The position numbers and the translations under genes are program-made. Positions 19,358 to 29,525 of a stretch of 64,000 bases of DNA are shown piece after piece; position 1 is the stretch's first letter; every line of letters starts with the position of its first letter. The stretch lies in assembly GCA_019912545.1 (NCBI GenBank), contig JAIOIK010000204.1, positions 79 to 64,078 on the forward strand, written 5' to 3'. Under the pieces are notes generated by a model. It worked only from the letters and a program-made list of their open reading frames with translations. It did not search any database and was not told the DNA's origin. The stretch comes from Ignavibacteria bacterium. Its GTDB lineage: Bacteria > Bacteroidota > Ignavibacteria > Tepidaquicellales > OLB5.

Positions 19358-19491
19358 TATATAAAGCCTACTGATATTTCAGGAAAGTTGATTGCAACCC
19401 TGTATTTACAACATTTTACATTTAGATGCATTTTAGTCAATTGATTTATTTAGCTTAATTAGTTATTCTGTAATCAAATTAAACTCAAAAA

Positions 19492-19989
19492 ATGAGAAGA
19501 TTATCATTAATAGTTTTGATCATTGCCTTGGTTTCAAGCGTTTCCTTTTCACAGTTTAAAGATATTCCCACTGAAACGAAATCAAAGCTAAAAAGCAATA
19601 GTGGAATGATCCTCGGATTTATCAATCCTAAGAATTTCTCTATCTCACACCAGATTAATATGTCTTATCAAACCGGCGGAAATTCTTCCGTTAGCTTAAC
19701 TTCTTATACAGCTACTTTGAATTATAAAATATTGAAGAACATGAATATCAGCGCTGATGTCACTATGCAGTATTCACCATATGCAAGCATTGGCTCTAAC
19801 AACCCGGCAATTAATAAGGATTTCCAGAGCTCATTTAACGGAATAAACTTAAGCCGTGTATCTTTGGATTACAAACCGTTTAAGAACATGTACATCAGTA
19901 TAAATTATGTTAATAATAAATATAATTCTAACTGGTACGATAATAATTATTACAATAACAGGTTTCTGAATAACACGTTTCCATACTAA
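19492..19989 (+). CDS. hypothetical secreted Asn/Tyr-rich protein (165 aa)
   Basis: It has a signal peptide and a beta-rich composition. Confidence 0.5.
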   Translation: MRRLSLIVLIIALVSSVSFSQFKDIPTETKSKLKSNSGMILGFINPKNFSISHQINMSYQTGGNSSVSLTSYTATLNYKILKNMNISADVTMQYSPYASIGSNNPAINKDFQSSFNGINLSRVSLDYKPFKNMYISINYVNNKYNSNWYDNNYYNNRFLNNTFPY

Positions 19990-19995
19990 AAATAA

Positions 19996-20511
19996 ATGCC
20001 CAAGGCAAATTCCGGTGAATTTGTAACCAAGTTTAAAAATTATTCAATAAACATTTTAATTGTTCTTCTTGCAGTTATAACAATTTACCTGTTCTATAAT
20101 CTATTTAAGCGCCTTACAACTCCCCACCAGGATATCAAAACCCAGGTTGTTGATTCAACTACTTACTTAACTAAACAGCCATCAGGCGGTACGCTGCAAA
20201 TTGACGTACAAAACGGGTGCGGTGTATCAGGCATTGCCGATAAGTTTACGGAGTTTCTGCGATCCAAAGGATTTGATGTAGTTGAAATGGGAAACTTTAC
20301 AACTCAGGATATCAAAACCACTATGGTGATAGATAGGGCGGGTAATATGAAGAACGCAAAACGAGTTGCCGCCTCAATTGGAGTGAATGATAAATATGTT
20401 ATTCAGCAAATGAATAAGAATTATTTCCTTGATGCAACAGTTGTGATAGGGAAGGATTACCAGGACCTGCTTCCGTTTAAAACGCAGGTTGAAACACAAA
20501 CCAATCCATAG
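19996..20511 (+). CDS. LytR_C domain-containing membrane-anchored protein
   Basis: It has one TM segment followed by 'VQNGCGVSGIADKFTEFLRSKGFDVVEMGN'. Confidence 0.65.
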   Translation: MPKANSGEFVTKFKNYSINILIVLLAVITIYLFYNLFKRLTTPHQDIKTQVVDSTTYLTKQPSGGTLQIDVQNGCGVSGIADKFTEFLRSKGFDVVEMGNFTTQDIKTTMVIDRAGNMKNAKRVAASIGVNDKYVIQQMNKNYFLDATVVIGKDYQDLLPFKTQVETQTNP

Positions 20512-20523
20512 ATGTTTCTTTTT

Positions 20524-20555
20524 GGAGTGCCTGCCTGCAGCAGGCAGGCTTTGAC
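20524..20555 (+). repeat. 32-bp palindromic element, copy 1 (GGAGTGCCTGCCTGCAGCAGGCAGGCTTTGAC)
   Basis: It has a 9-bp stem GCCTGCCTG/CAGGCAGGC. An inverted copy is at 21105..21136. Confidence 0.8.
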
Positions 20556-20607
20556 TGTATCAAAGCATATTAAAAATTAAATTTAATATATAGAAAGATT
20601 TTACAAT

Positions 20608-21060
20608 TTGGATTCTAAAAAATTAGCTTTTAAACTGGCTGAATTTGCATTAAGTAAAAAGGCTGAAGATATTAAGATACTTGATCTGCGCGGGATCACT
20701 CCGATCGCAGATTTTTTTGTGATCTGTTCTGCGCAATCAGAGCCGCAGGTTAAAGCTGTCTCCGATGCCGTTCTTATCGGCGCAAAAAATGAAGGGGAAA
20801 CTATCTGGCATAAAGAAGGCATGAACATGCGCTCATGGGTGCTGCTGGATTTTGTTGATGTGGTTGTGCATATTTTCCTGCGCGATACACGGCAGTTTTA
20901 CTCTCTTGAAAAGCTTTGGGGTGATGCAAAGATAACCGAAGTGAGCGATGAGGTGCCCGTCAAAAAAGCGGTTAAGAAAGCTGCCAAGCCCAAAGCTGTA
21001 AAGAAACCGACTGTAAAAAGTCCGGCAAAACCTAAGAAGAATATCGTAAAGAAGAAATAA
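20608..21060 (+). CDS. rsfS: ribosome silencing factor RsfS with a Lys/Ala/Pro-rich C-terminal tail (TTG start)
   Basis: It contains DIKILDLRGITPIADFFVICS...W.LLDFVDVVVHIF, and the tail reads KKAVKKAAKPKAVKKPTVKSPAKPKKNIVKKK. Confidence 0.85.
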   Translation: MDSKKLAFKLAEFALSKKAEDIKILDLRGITPIADFFVICSAQSEPQVKAVSDAVLIGAKNEGETIWHKEGMNMRSWVLLDFVDVVVHIFLRDTRQFYSLEKLWGDAKITEVSDEVPVKKAVKKAAKPKAVKKPTVKSPAKPKKNIVKKK

Positions 21061-21104
21061 AGTTTTTGGAGTACATCAACGCAGTTATTGGTTGCATTGA
21101 CGCG

Positions 21105-21136
21105 GTCAAAGCCTGCCTGCAGCAGGCAGGCACTCC
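21105..21136 (-). repeat. 32-bp palindromic element, copy 2 (inverted flanks)
   Basis: The sequence is GTCAAAGCCTGCCTGCAGCAGGCAGGCACTCC. Confidence 0.8.
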
Positions 21137-21146
21137 GAAAGATTAC

Positions 21147-21174
21147 AAAAAAGACGGGCCTAAAACCCGTCTTT
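21147..21174. terminator. bidirectional intrinsic terminator, copy 1
   Basis: The sequence is AAAAAAGACGGGcctaaaaCCCGTCTTT, an 8-bp stem flanked by A- and T-runs. Confidence 0.75.
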
Positions 21175-21279
21175 TCTCAAAATAGCCGTACAAAAGAGCC
21201 ATTTTTGTTTATACACTAAAACTTTAATATTCTTTTTTGTATTTTAGATATTATATTAACAAAGACAGGGAAGGACAAT

Positions 21280-21522
21280 ATGGAAAACTCAGAAACTGCA
21301 AAATTGTTAGAAAGGATCACTTTTGATCCCCGGGTAATGGGAGGAAAGGCACTCATTCGCGGACTCCGTATTTCTGTAAAACAGGTAATAAAAGCGCTTG
21401 CATCAGGTGTTCCTGAAAAAGATATATTATCCGACTATCCTGAGCTCGAGAAAGAGGATATACAGGCAGTATTATTGTATGCCTCCAATCTTGTTGAAGA
21501 AGAGCGGGTATTTGAAGTATAA
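21280..21522 (+). CDS. DUF433-family antitoxin-like protein
   Basis: It contains DPRVMGGKALIRGLRISV...ILSDYPELEKEDIQAVLLYA. Confidence 0.8.
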   Translation: MENSETAKLLERITFDPRVMGGKALIRGLRISVKQVIKALASGVPEKDILSDYPELEKEDIQAVLLYASNLVEEERVFEV

Positions 21523-21540
21523 CAACTATCTCTTTACAAT

Positions 21541-21894
21541 ATGAAATTCCTGGTTGATGTTGGTGTAAGTAACAAAGTTGAAGAATATTTGAAGAGCATT
21601 GGGTTTGATACAAGTTGCATTAGGCATATCAACGCAAGAATGAATGATCTTGAGATAATCCAAATTGCATCCGAAGAGAACAGGATTATCTTAACAATGG
21701 ATAAAGATTTTGGTGATTTAGTTTTTAAATCAGGCAAGTCCCATGCAGGTGTTCTATTGCTGCGTTTAGAAGATGAGAGTTCTGATAATAAGGTAAAAAT
21801 TGTGAGATCAATTATTGAAAATTTCTCAAATGAATTGAGTAATAATTTTTGTGTTTTCCATAAGGGGAAATTGAGAATTAGAAAAATGCTTTGA
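21541..21894 (+). CDS. DUF5615 / Mut7-C PIN-like toxin partner of DUF433
   Basis: It contains MKFLVDVGVS...ILTMDKDFGDLV and lies 18 nt after the DUF433 gene. Confidence 0.7.
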   Translation: MKFLVDVGVSNKVEEYLKSIGFDTSCIRHINARMNDLEIIQIASEENRIILTMDKDFGDLVFKSGKSHAGVLLLRLEDESSDNKVKIVRSIIENFSNELSNNFCVFHKGKLRIRKML

Positions 21895-21946
21895 TAGTTT
21901 AATATTTGTTTCAACTATTTAGCAATGAACTCCATGAAGTTACCAT

Positions 21947-21974
21947 AAAAAAGACGGGCCAAAAACCCGTCTTT
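21947..21974. terminator. bidirectional intrinsic terminator, copy 2 (27/28 identical to copy 1, offset exactly 800 bp)
   Basis: The sequence is AAAAAAGACGGGccaaaaaCCCGTCTTT. Confidence 0.75.
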
Positions 21975-22014
21975 CAATTTTTCAAACTGTAATCTGATGA
22001 ATCTTCAAATCCTT

Positions 22015-23352
22015 CTATGCTAACTCATACTTCTCAATAAAGCTTGTATCGTAATCGCCGTCTATGAATTTTTCATGGCGCATAACTTTCTTATGGAAAG
22101 GTATTGTTGTGTGTATGCCCTCAATTATGAATTCATCCAATGCACGGTACATCCTTTTGATCGCTTCATCGCGGTCATCGGCTGTTACAATAAGCTTGGC
22201 TATCATGCTGTCATAATAGGGGGGAATGTAATAATTTGCATATGCATGTGTATCAACTCTTATTCCAAGTCCGCCCGGCATGTGGAAAGATGTTATTCTG
22301 CCCGGTGAAGGCGCAAAATTTTTATCCGGATTCTCTGCGTTTATTCTGCACTCTATACAGTGCCCATTACGTTTTACTTCTGTGACTTTAAGTTTCAGCC
22401 CGCTGGCAACTGCTATCTGTTCACGGATAAGGTCAACTCCCGTAACCTGCTCGGTTACCGGGTGCTCAACCTGTACGCGTGTATTCATTTCCATGAAATA
22501 GAAATTCTTATTCTTATCTACTATGAACTCGACTGTACCCGCGCCTTCATAGTTAACCGATTTAGCGCCTTTAACCGCCGCCGCACCCATCGCGTCGCGA
22601 ATCTCCTCTGTGATAAATGGTGAAGGGGTTTCTTCAATAAGTTTCTGATGTCTTCTTTGAACCGTACAATCGCGTTCACCTAAGTGAACCACATTGCCGA
22701 ACTGGTCACCGAGTACCTGTATTTCAATATGTCTTGGATTTTCAACAAACTTCTCTACATATACTTCACCGTTTCCAAATGCGCTCAAAGCTTCATTTGT
22801 AGCCATAACAAAAGCATTTTCAAGCTCACTCTCCTCAGCAACTACTCTCATTCCTTTGCCGCCTCCGCCTGCCGATGCTTTTATCAGCACCGGATAACCG
22901 AATTCTGCAGCAATTCTTTTCGCTTCTTCAACTTCTTTTACAACTCCGTCGCTTCCCGGTACAACAGGAACGTCGGATTTTCTCATTGTTTCCTTTGCGT
23001 ATGCCTTATCACCCATAGAACGTATCATTTGAGGCGACGGGCCTATGAATTTGATCTCGGAGTCATGGCAAATCTCAGAAAATTCAGCGTTTTCAGCCAG
23101 GAAGCCGTAGCCCGGGTGGATTGCATCTGCATTCGTAATTTCAGCCGCTGCTATGATCCTTGGTATGCTTAAGTAACTTTCTCTTGAAGGGGGAGGGCCT
23201 ATGCATACAGCCTCATCGGCAAATCTGACATGAAGTGATTCTTTGTCTGCTTCGGAATACACGGCAACTGTCTTGATGCCCATATCCCTGCAGGTTCGTA
23301 TTATTCTCAGGGCAATTTCGCCCCTGTTTGCTATAAGTATTTTATTGAACAA
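22015..23352 (-). CDS. accC: acetyl-CoA carboxylase biotin carboxylase subunit
   Basis: It starts [19 protein letters not shown] and has the ATP-grasp motifs, over the full length of 445 aa. Confidence 0.95.
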   Translation of the reverse strand: MFNKILIANRGEIALRIIRTCRDMGIKTVAVYSEADKESLHVRFADEAVCIGPPPSRESYLSIPRIIAAAEITNADAIHPGYGFLAENAEFSEICHDSEIKFIGPSPQMIRSMGDKAYAKETMRKSDVPVVPGSDGVVKEVEEAKRIAAEFGYPVLIKASAGGGGKGMRVVAEESELENAFVMATNEALSAFGNGEVYVEKFVENPRHIEIQVLGDQFGNVVHLGERDCTVQRRHQKLIEETPSPFITEEIRDAMGAAAVKGAKSVNYEGAGTVEFIVDKNKNFYFMEMNTRVQVEHPVTEQVTGVDLIREQIAVASGLKLKVTEVKRNGHCIECRINAENPDKNFAPSPGRITSFHMPGGLGIRVDTHAYANYYIPPYYDSMIAKLIVTADDRDEAIKRMYRALDEFIIEGIHTTIPFHKKVMRHEKFIDGDYDTSFIEKYELA

Positions 23353-23369
23353 TTTTTTTCTGGTCTGTT

Positions 23370-23879
23370 TTAATTGGGTTCTACTAAAAAGAGCACCTGG
23401 TTATATTCAACAGGCTGCCCGTTTTCAACCATGATCTTAACAATTTTACCTTCATGTTCACATTCTATTTCGTTCATAAGTTTCATTGCCTCAATGATAC
23501 ATAGAATGGTGCTTTTTTGTACCTGCTGGCCTACCTGTACATATGGGTCTGCATTTGGCGAGGGCGCGCGGTAAAATGTACCTACAATTGGTGAGCGTAT
23601 CTCTATCAAATTATCACCAGCCGGAGGTGCCGGTGTCTCTTTCTTCTCTTCGGTCTTGGGAGCCGGTAAGCTTGGCTGTGGTGCAGCTGGAGTCCCCGCG
23701 CCCATTGCCTGCTGCGGCATGGCATAAGTGACCATTTGAGGCTGTGGAGCCTGCTGCTCTGCCGGTTTTGATTTTATAACTTTGACCCGGGTTCCTTCTT
23801 CTTCTATTTCGATTTCATTGATATCACCGGATTCCAGAATTTTTAAAAGCTTCTTGATGTAATTCAGATCAGTTTTCAT
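23370..23879 (-). CDS. accB: acetyl-CoA carboxylase biotin carboxyl carrier protein
   Basis: It has a Pro/Ala linker and the [10 protein letters not shown] biotinylation motif. Confidence 0.9.
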   Translation of the reverse strand: MKTDLNYIKKLLKILESGDINEIEIEEEGTRVKVIKSKPAEQQAPQPQMVTYAMPQQAMGAGTPAAPQPSLPAPKTEEKKETPAPPAGDNLIEIRSPIVGTFYRAPSPNADPYVQVGQQVQKSTILCIIEAMKLMNEIECEHEGKIVKIMVENGQPVEYNQVLFLVEPN

Positions 23880-23964
23880 TGGATTTTATATCCTCACATT
23901 TTTTTTGAATTGTGTTGAAAGTATAGTATGCACTATTTGTTTTTTTGTATCTATTTTTCTTACT

Positions 23965-24528
23965 CTATTTCTTAACTCTTTCCAGGTATGCTGATGTCCT
24001 GGTATCCACTTTTATTATATCACCTTCACTTATAAACATAGGTGCATTTACAGTTGCCCCGGTTTCTACCTTAACAGGTTTTGTGCCGCCGGTTGCAGTA
24101 TCACCCTTATTCCCCGGAGGCGCTTCAACTACTTTAAGCTCAACATGCGGGGGGATCTCAACTGTAATCGGGATTTCGCCATCGAACATTATCAGAACAT
24201 TTTCACTTTCTTTCATGAACTGTGCCTGGTCGCCAACAATGTCATCGGCAATAGAGACCTGGTCAAAATCATCGTTATTCATAAATACAAAGCCGGAGCC
24301 GTCGTGGTAAAGGTATTGGTAGTTCTTTGTTTCCATTCTGATTATTTCGATCTCTTCACCTGAGCGGAAACGGTTTTCTATTGTCTTCCCGTTTTTCAGG
24401 TTTTTCATCTTTACCTGGTAAAATGCCCGCAGATTACCCGGAGTTCTGTGTTCCCACTTAATAATTACATGTAATTCACCGTTGTATTTTATAACTAAGC
24501 CGTTTCGTAAGTCTGATGTTGAACCCAT
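23965..24528 (-). CDS. efp: elongation factor P
   Basis: It contains DLRNGLVIKYNGELH...KPVKVETGATVNAP.FI. Confidence 0.95.
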   Translation of the reverse strand: MGSTSDLRNGLVIKYNGELHVIIKWEHRTPGNLRAFYQVKMKNLKNGKTIENRFRSGEEIEIIRMETKNYQYLYHDGSGFVFMNNDDFDQVSIADDIVGDQAQFMKESENVLIMFDGEIPITVEIPPHVELKVVEAPPGNKGDTATGGTKPVKVETGATVNAPMFISEGDIIKVDTRTSAYLERVKK

Positions 24529-24775
24529 AAAATGCTAAAATTCTCCTTATTATGTTGTTATCGGTTTTTGAGTGATTTTTGCCTGATTTCGAGTAAAAAT
24601 AAGTGGTTTTTGATCGATTTCGTGTCAAAATCCGCGACTTTTTGTGATTTGTGTATGCAAATATAGGTATAGAATGGCCTAATATCAATGTTATATATCA
24701 TGGATTTTTTGTGTAAATACTTAAAAAGGGTGGTGTAAGCAAAAACTAGATAATTTGCAGGCAATAACAAATAAG

Positions 24776-25342
24776 CTACTTCAGCTTCTTTACTGTCTCC
24801 CAGTAAATATCGGTTTCTTCATTGCTGAAATCTGACCCGATTTCCTTTGCGCGGTTGAATTCGGTCATAGCGTAATCAAATTCACCCATTCCGTAATAAC
24901 TTAGTCCAATGTACTTGTAATAATCTCCTTTATCACTGATCTTCAGCGCTTCTCTCAGGTACAGCACTGCATTTGAATAGTTACCCAGTTCATAATTCGA
25001 AACTCCAATTGCATAATAGCTGAACTCAAATTTTTCTCGGTCGTAGTCCAGTGTTCTCAAAGAAAGCTTAAGAAAGTCTATGGTATCCCAGTAAGACTCT
25101 GTTTTAAAGCTTAGCCAGCCAACATCAAAATACAACTGCGGGCACTGGTTGCCATATTTAACGATCAGAATTTTTCCCCGTATTCTGGCATCACCATACA
25201 AGCCGTTATTCATACTGAATCTCATCTGTTCATAAACTCCTTCATCTTCTTCACCCATATTACATTGGGCTTTTATGCCAATATTGGAAAAAATACAGAC
25301 ACAAAACAGAATTAAGAGTATTATAAATTTTGAAGTTTTCAT
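24776..25342 (-). CDS. secreted TPR-repeat protein
   Basis: It has a signal peptide and TPR-like 'YYAIGVSNYELGNYSNAVLYLREAL' units. Confidence 0.55.
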   Translation of the reverse strand: MKTSKFIILLILFCVCIFSNIGIKAQCNMGEEDEGVYEQMRFSMNNGLYGDARIRGKILIVKYGNQCPQLYFDVGWLSFKTESYWDTIDFLKLSLRTLDYDREKFEFSYYAIGVSNYELGNYSNAVLYLREALKISDKGDYYKYIGLSYYGMGEFDYAMTEFNRAKEIGSDFSNEETDIYWETVKKLK

Positions 25343-25553
25343 TGCCTGAGAATTTATTGATATAAATTATGAGAATTAGTCAACTTTAGATATATTAAAA
25401 TAGGGCACATTTTGTAAAAATGTTTTCAAATATCTGAATTTTCAGCTATTTATACAGCTTGTAAATTTATGTAAATTGCATAATTAATGTTGGAGATTCA
25501 CTTTTTATTAGTTATCTTTGCTAACACTTTTTTAAACTAAACTATAAAAATAA

Positions 25554-25913
25554 ATGAAAAGGATTCTCATTGCAGCATCATTGTTCGCATTTATGTTTCT
25601 TTTTGCTCCCAGCAGTTCTAACTCACAGGCGCTTTATTTTTTTGTTACGAATAATACAGGCGTAACTTTAAATAACATATACGTTACTCCAAATGAAACA
25701 ACTAATTGGGGAAATGATATATTACCGAGTGACCTTTTCGAGAATTCAACATCGGTAAGAGTTGATATTCCTGCCGATTATGGCACTACGTGCTTATTTG
25801 ATATGAAGATAACAGACCTCGAAGGAAACGCTGTTACATTTACGGGAATGGATGCTTGTAAACTGCATACTTTGATACTCAACGGAGATGGCACATACTC
25901 TGCGATGGAGTAA
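25554..25913 (+). CDS. hypothetical small secreted protein (119 aa)
   Basis: It has a signal peptide. No family was recognised. Confidence 0.5.
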   Translation: MKRILIAASLFAFMFLFAPSSSNSQALYFFVTNNTGVTLNNIYVTPNETTNWGNDILPSDLFENSTSVRVDIPADYGTTCLFDMKITDLEGNAVTFTGMDACKLHTLILNGDGTYSAME

Positions 25914-25946
25914 CCGGGCAACATTAATTTTTCATCAAAGAATTTG

Positions 25947-25975
25947 AAGGTCCTGCTTTTGGGGACCTTTTTTTA
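25947..25975 (+). terminator. intrinsic terminator
   Basis: The sequence is AAGGTCCtgcttttggGGACCTTttttt. Confidence 0.7.
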
Positions 25976-26074
25976 TGCCATTTATTCTGCCGAGGTGATG
26001 ATTTGCTCTTACATTGAATAAATCTGCATTTATCGGTAATTTCGTATTCTATTCAATATTAAAATTAACTGTAG

Positions 26075-27139
<1,065 letters not shown>

Positions 27140-27181
27140 TTTTTTTGAAACCGTTTCAACGGTATTTAGCATAAACTAAAA

Positions 27182-28384
27182 ATGAACAAACTAACAATAG
27201 ACGATCTTTCTGCCGGTGATTTGAAAGGCAAGAGAGTACTTGTAAGAGTTGATTTCAATGTGCCGATGTCCAAAGATGAAGCCGGGAAGATCACAGATGA
27301 TAAAAGGATAGTAGAATCTCTTCCAACAATAAGGAAGATCATTTCTGAAGGCGGAAGAGCAATACTTATGAGCCATATGGGCAGGCCAAAGGGTGAAAAG
27401 AACCTTAAATATTCACTGCGCCCTGTTGCAGAGCACCTTTCAATGCTGCTGGATAAACCAATACTGTTTGCAGATGACTGTATTGGCGACTCAACGGCAG
27501 CAATTGTTAACGATCTGCAGAACGGTGATGTACTGCTTCTTGAAAACCTTCGCTTTTACAATGAAGAAGAGAATAATAACGAAGAGTTCGCAAAAAAACT
27601 TGCTTCATATGGTGAGGTTTACATAAATGATGCATTCGGAACCGCTCACCGTGCACATGCTTCAACTGAGGGAGTTACAAAGTTTATCAGTAAGTGTGCT
27701 GCGGGATATTTGATGCAAAAAGAATTAGAGTATCTTTCAAAAGCTGTTTCTAATCCTGAACATCCCTATGCTGCGATACTGGGCGGCAGCAAAATATCAG
27801 GCAAGATCGATGTAATTAAGAATTTGCTCGCTAAGGCGGATAAGGTCCTCATTGGCGGGGGAATGGTATTCACATTCTACAAAGCAATGGGTTACGAAAT
27901 AGGAAACTCACTGCTTGAAGAAGACAAAATAGATCTTGCAAAAGAGCTTTTATCAAATGCCGGGGGTAAGTTAATGCTTCCGGTTGATATTGTAATTGCA
28001 GATAAATTCGAAAATGATTCTCCTCACGCTATTGTTGCATCAAATGCAATTCCGGCAGGCAAGATAGGAATGGATATTGGCCCGGAGACAATTAAGCAAT
28101 TCCGCGATGAAATTTTAGAAGCCAAAACAATTGTATGGAACGGCCCCATGGGTGTATTTGAAATGGATAACTTTGCAAAAGGTACTTTTGAGGTTGCCAA
28201 AGCGCTTGCAGAAGCAACCAAAAAAGGCGCAATTACTGTTATAGGTGGCGGGGATTCAGCAGCTGCAATTGCCAAAGCCGGACTTGAAAACGATGTTAGC
28301 CATGTTTCTACCGGCGGCGGAGCAAGCCTTGAATTCCTTGAGGGTAAAGTCCTTCCCGGAGTTGAGGCGCTAACTAATAAATAA
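27182..28384 (+). CDS. pgk: phosphoglycerate kinase
   Basis: It contains RVDFNVP and GGGDSAAA, over the full length of 400 aa. Confidence 0.95.
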   Translation: MNKLTIDDLSAGDLKGKRVLVRVDFNVPMSKDEAGKITDDKRIVESLPTIRKIISEGGRAILMSHMGRPKGEKNLKYSLRPVAEHLSMLLDKPILFADDCIGDSTAAIVNDLQNGDVLLLENLRFYNEEENNNEEFAKKLASYGEVYINDAFGTAHRAHASTEGVTKFISKCAAGYLMQKELEYLSKAVSNPEHPYAAILGGSKISGKIDVIKNLLAKADKVLIGGGMVFTFYKAMGYEIGNSLLEEDKIDLAKELLSNAGGKLMLPVDIVIADKFENDSPHAIVASNAIPAGKIGMDIGPETIKQFRDEILEAKTIVWNGPMGVFEMDNFAKGTFEVAKALAEATKKGAITVIGGGDSAAAIAKAGLENDVSHVSTGGGASLEFLEGKVLPGVEALTNK

Positions 28385-28387
28385 AAA

Positions 28388-29503
28388 ATGGGTAAAGAAA
28401 AGAAAAAAAGCAAATCTGCAAAAAAGCAGAAAGATTCAAAATTTCCAAAAGAGCCTTTATTCTTAGATAGAAATGAATCACAAACAGGGCCCGTACCTGA
28501 AGTATATAAATTCCTTAAGAAAACTGATATGCAGCTTTTATCATGGTATTCCCGTGATTTCATGAAAGGGATCAAGTCTGCCTTATCTAAAAAAATTGCT
28601 GACGAATACGGGTTTGATGAGAAGTATGTTTTGCTAAGCTATGGAAGCGAGGACCTGCTGAAACAGATCATACACTGTTATGTGAATCCGGGCGATAAAA
28701 TTCTCATCCCCCGCGAAGCATGGTGGTATTACAAGAAAGTTGCCTCAGAACGCGGCGGTACAAATGTTGAATATCCCATGAAAAAGGGAACTGAAGATGG
28801 TATCCCGTATTACTTATATGATGTTGATACGATGATAGATATTTATAACGATACAAAACCAAAGATCGTTGTAATTGCTTCACCTAACAATCCAACCGGA
28901 AACCGAATAGATTACAAAGATCTTAAAAGATTCCTTGATGCAACGAAAGATACAGTTACTATGATAGACGAGGCGTATTGGGGATTTGGCTCTACAGATA
29001 ATTCATATGTTAAACCTTATATTGATGAATTTCCAAACCTAGTTATTTGCAGAACTTTTTCAAAACTCTTCGCGCTTGCAGGTTTCCGTATCGGCTTTGC
29101 ATTCGCCGGGAAAAATCTGGATGTGCTTATTAACTTCACAACAAGATATCTTGGATATAACAGGGTATCAGAAAAACTGGGTGAAATTGCACTGGATAAT
29201 CTTAAATGGTATTTGAAGATCGGAAAGCAATATGAGAAGGATAAAGAAATGATGTATAGAGAGTTTGGAAGGCTTAAAGGATTTGTACCATTTAAATCAT
29301 ATGCAAATTTTATACTTGTTGATATACCGGTTGATATTCGTGCAGGCCTCAAAAAATACCTTGATGAGCGCAACCTGAGGATCAAATTCCTGGATGAGGA
29401 TGCATTCCGGACTGAAGCAAGACTTTCACTCGGAACAAAACAGCAGAATAAACTGCTGATGGATACTATAAAGCAATACTGCAAAGAGGTAAATTGGAAA
29501 TAA
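28388..29503 (+). CDS. class I/II PLP-dependent aminotransferase (HisC/CobD-like) with a Lys-rich N-terminal extension
   Basis: It contains LDRNES..GP, SPNNPTG and the PLP-Lys context RTFSKLFALAGFRIGF. The start lies 3 nt after the pgk stop. Confidence 0.7.
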   Translation: MGKEKKKSKSAKKQKDSKFPKEPLFLDRNESQTGPVPEVYKFLKKTDMQLLSWYSRDFMKGIKSALSKKIADEYGFDEKYVLLSYGSEDLLKQIIHCYVNPGDKILIPREAWWYYKKVASERGGTNVEYPMKKGTEDGIPYYLYDVDTMIDIYNDTKPKIVVIASPNNPTGNRIDYKDLKRFLDATKDTVTMIDEAYWGFGSTDNSYVKPYIDEFPNLVICRTFSKLFALAGFRIGFAFAGKNLDVLINFTTRYLGYNRVSEKLGEIALDNLKWYLKIGKQYEKDKEMMYREFGRLKGFVPFKSYANFILVDIPVDIRAGLKKYLDERNLRIKFLDEDAFRTEARLSLGTKQQNKLLMDTIKQYCKEVNWK

Positions 29504-29525
29504 GCAGACATTTATTGCTGAATTA

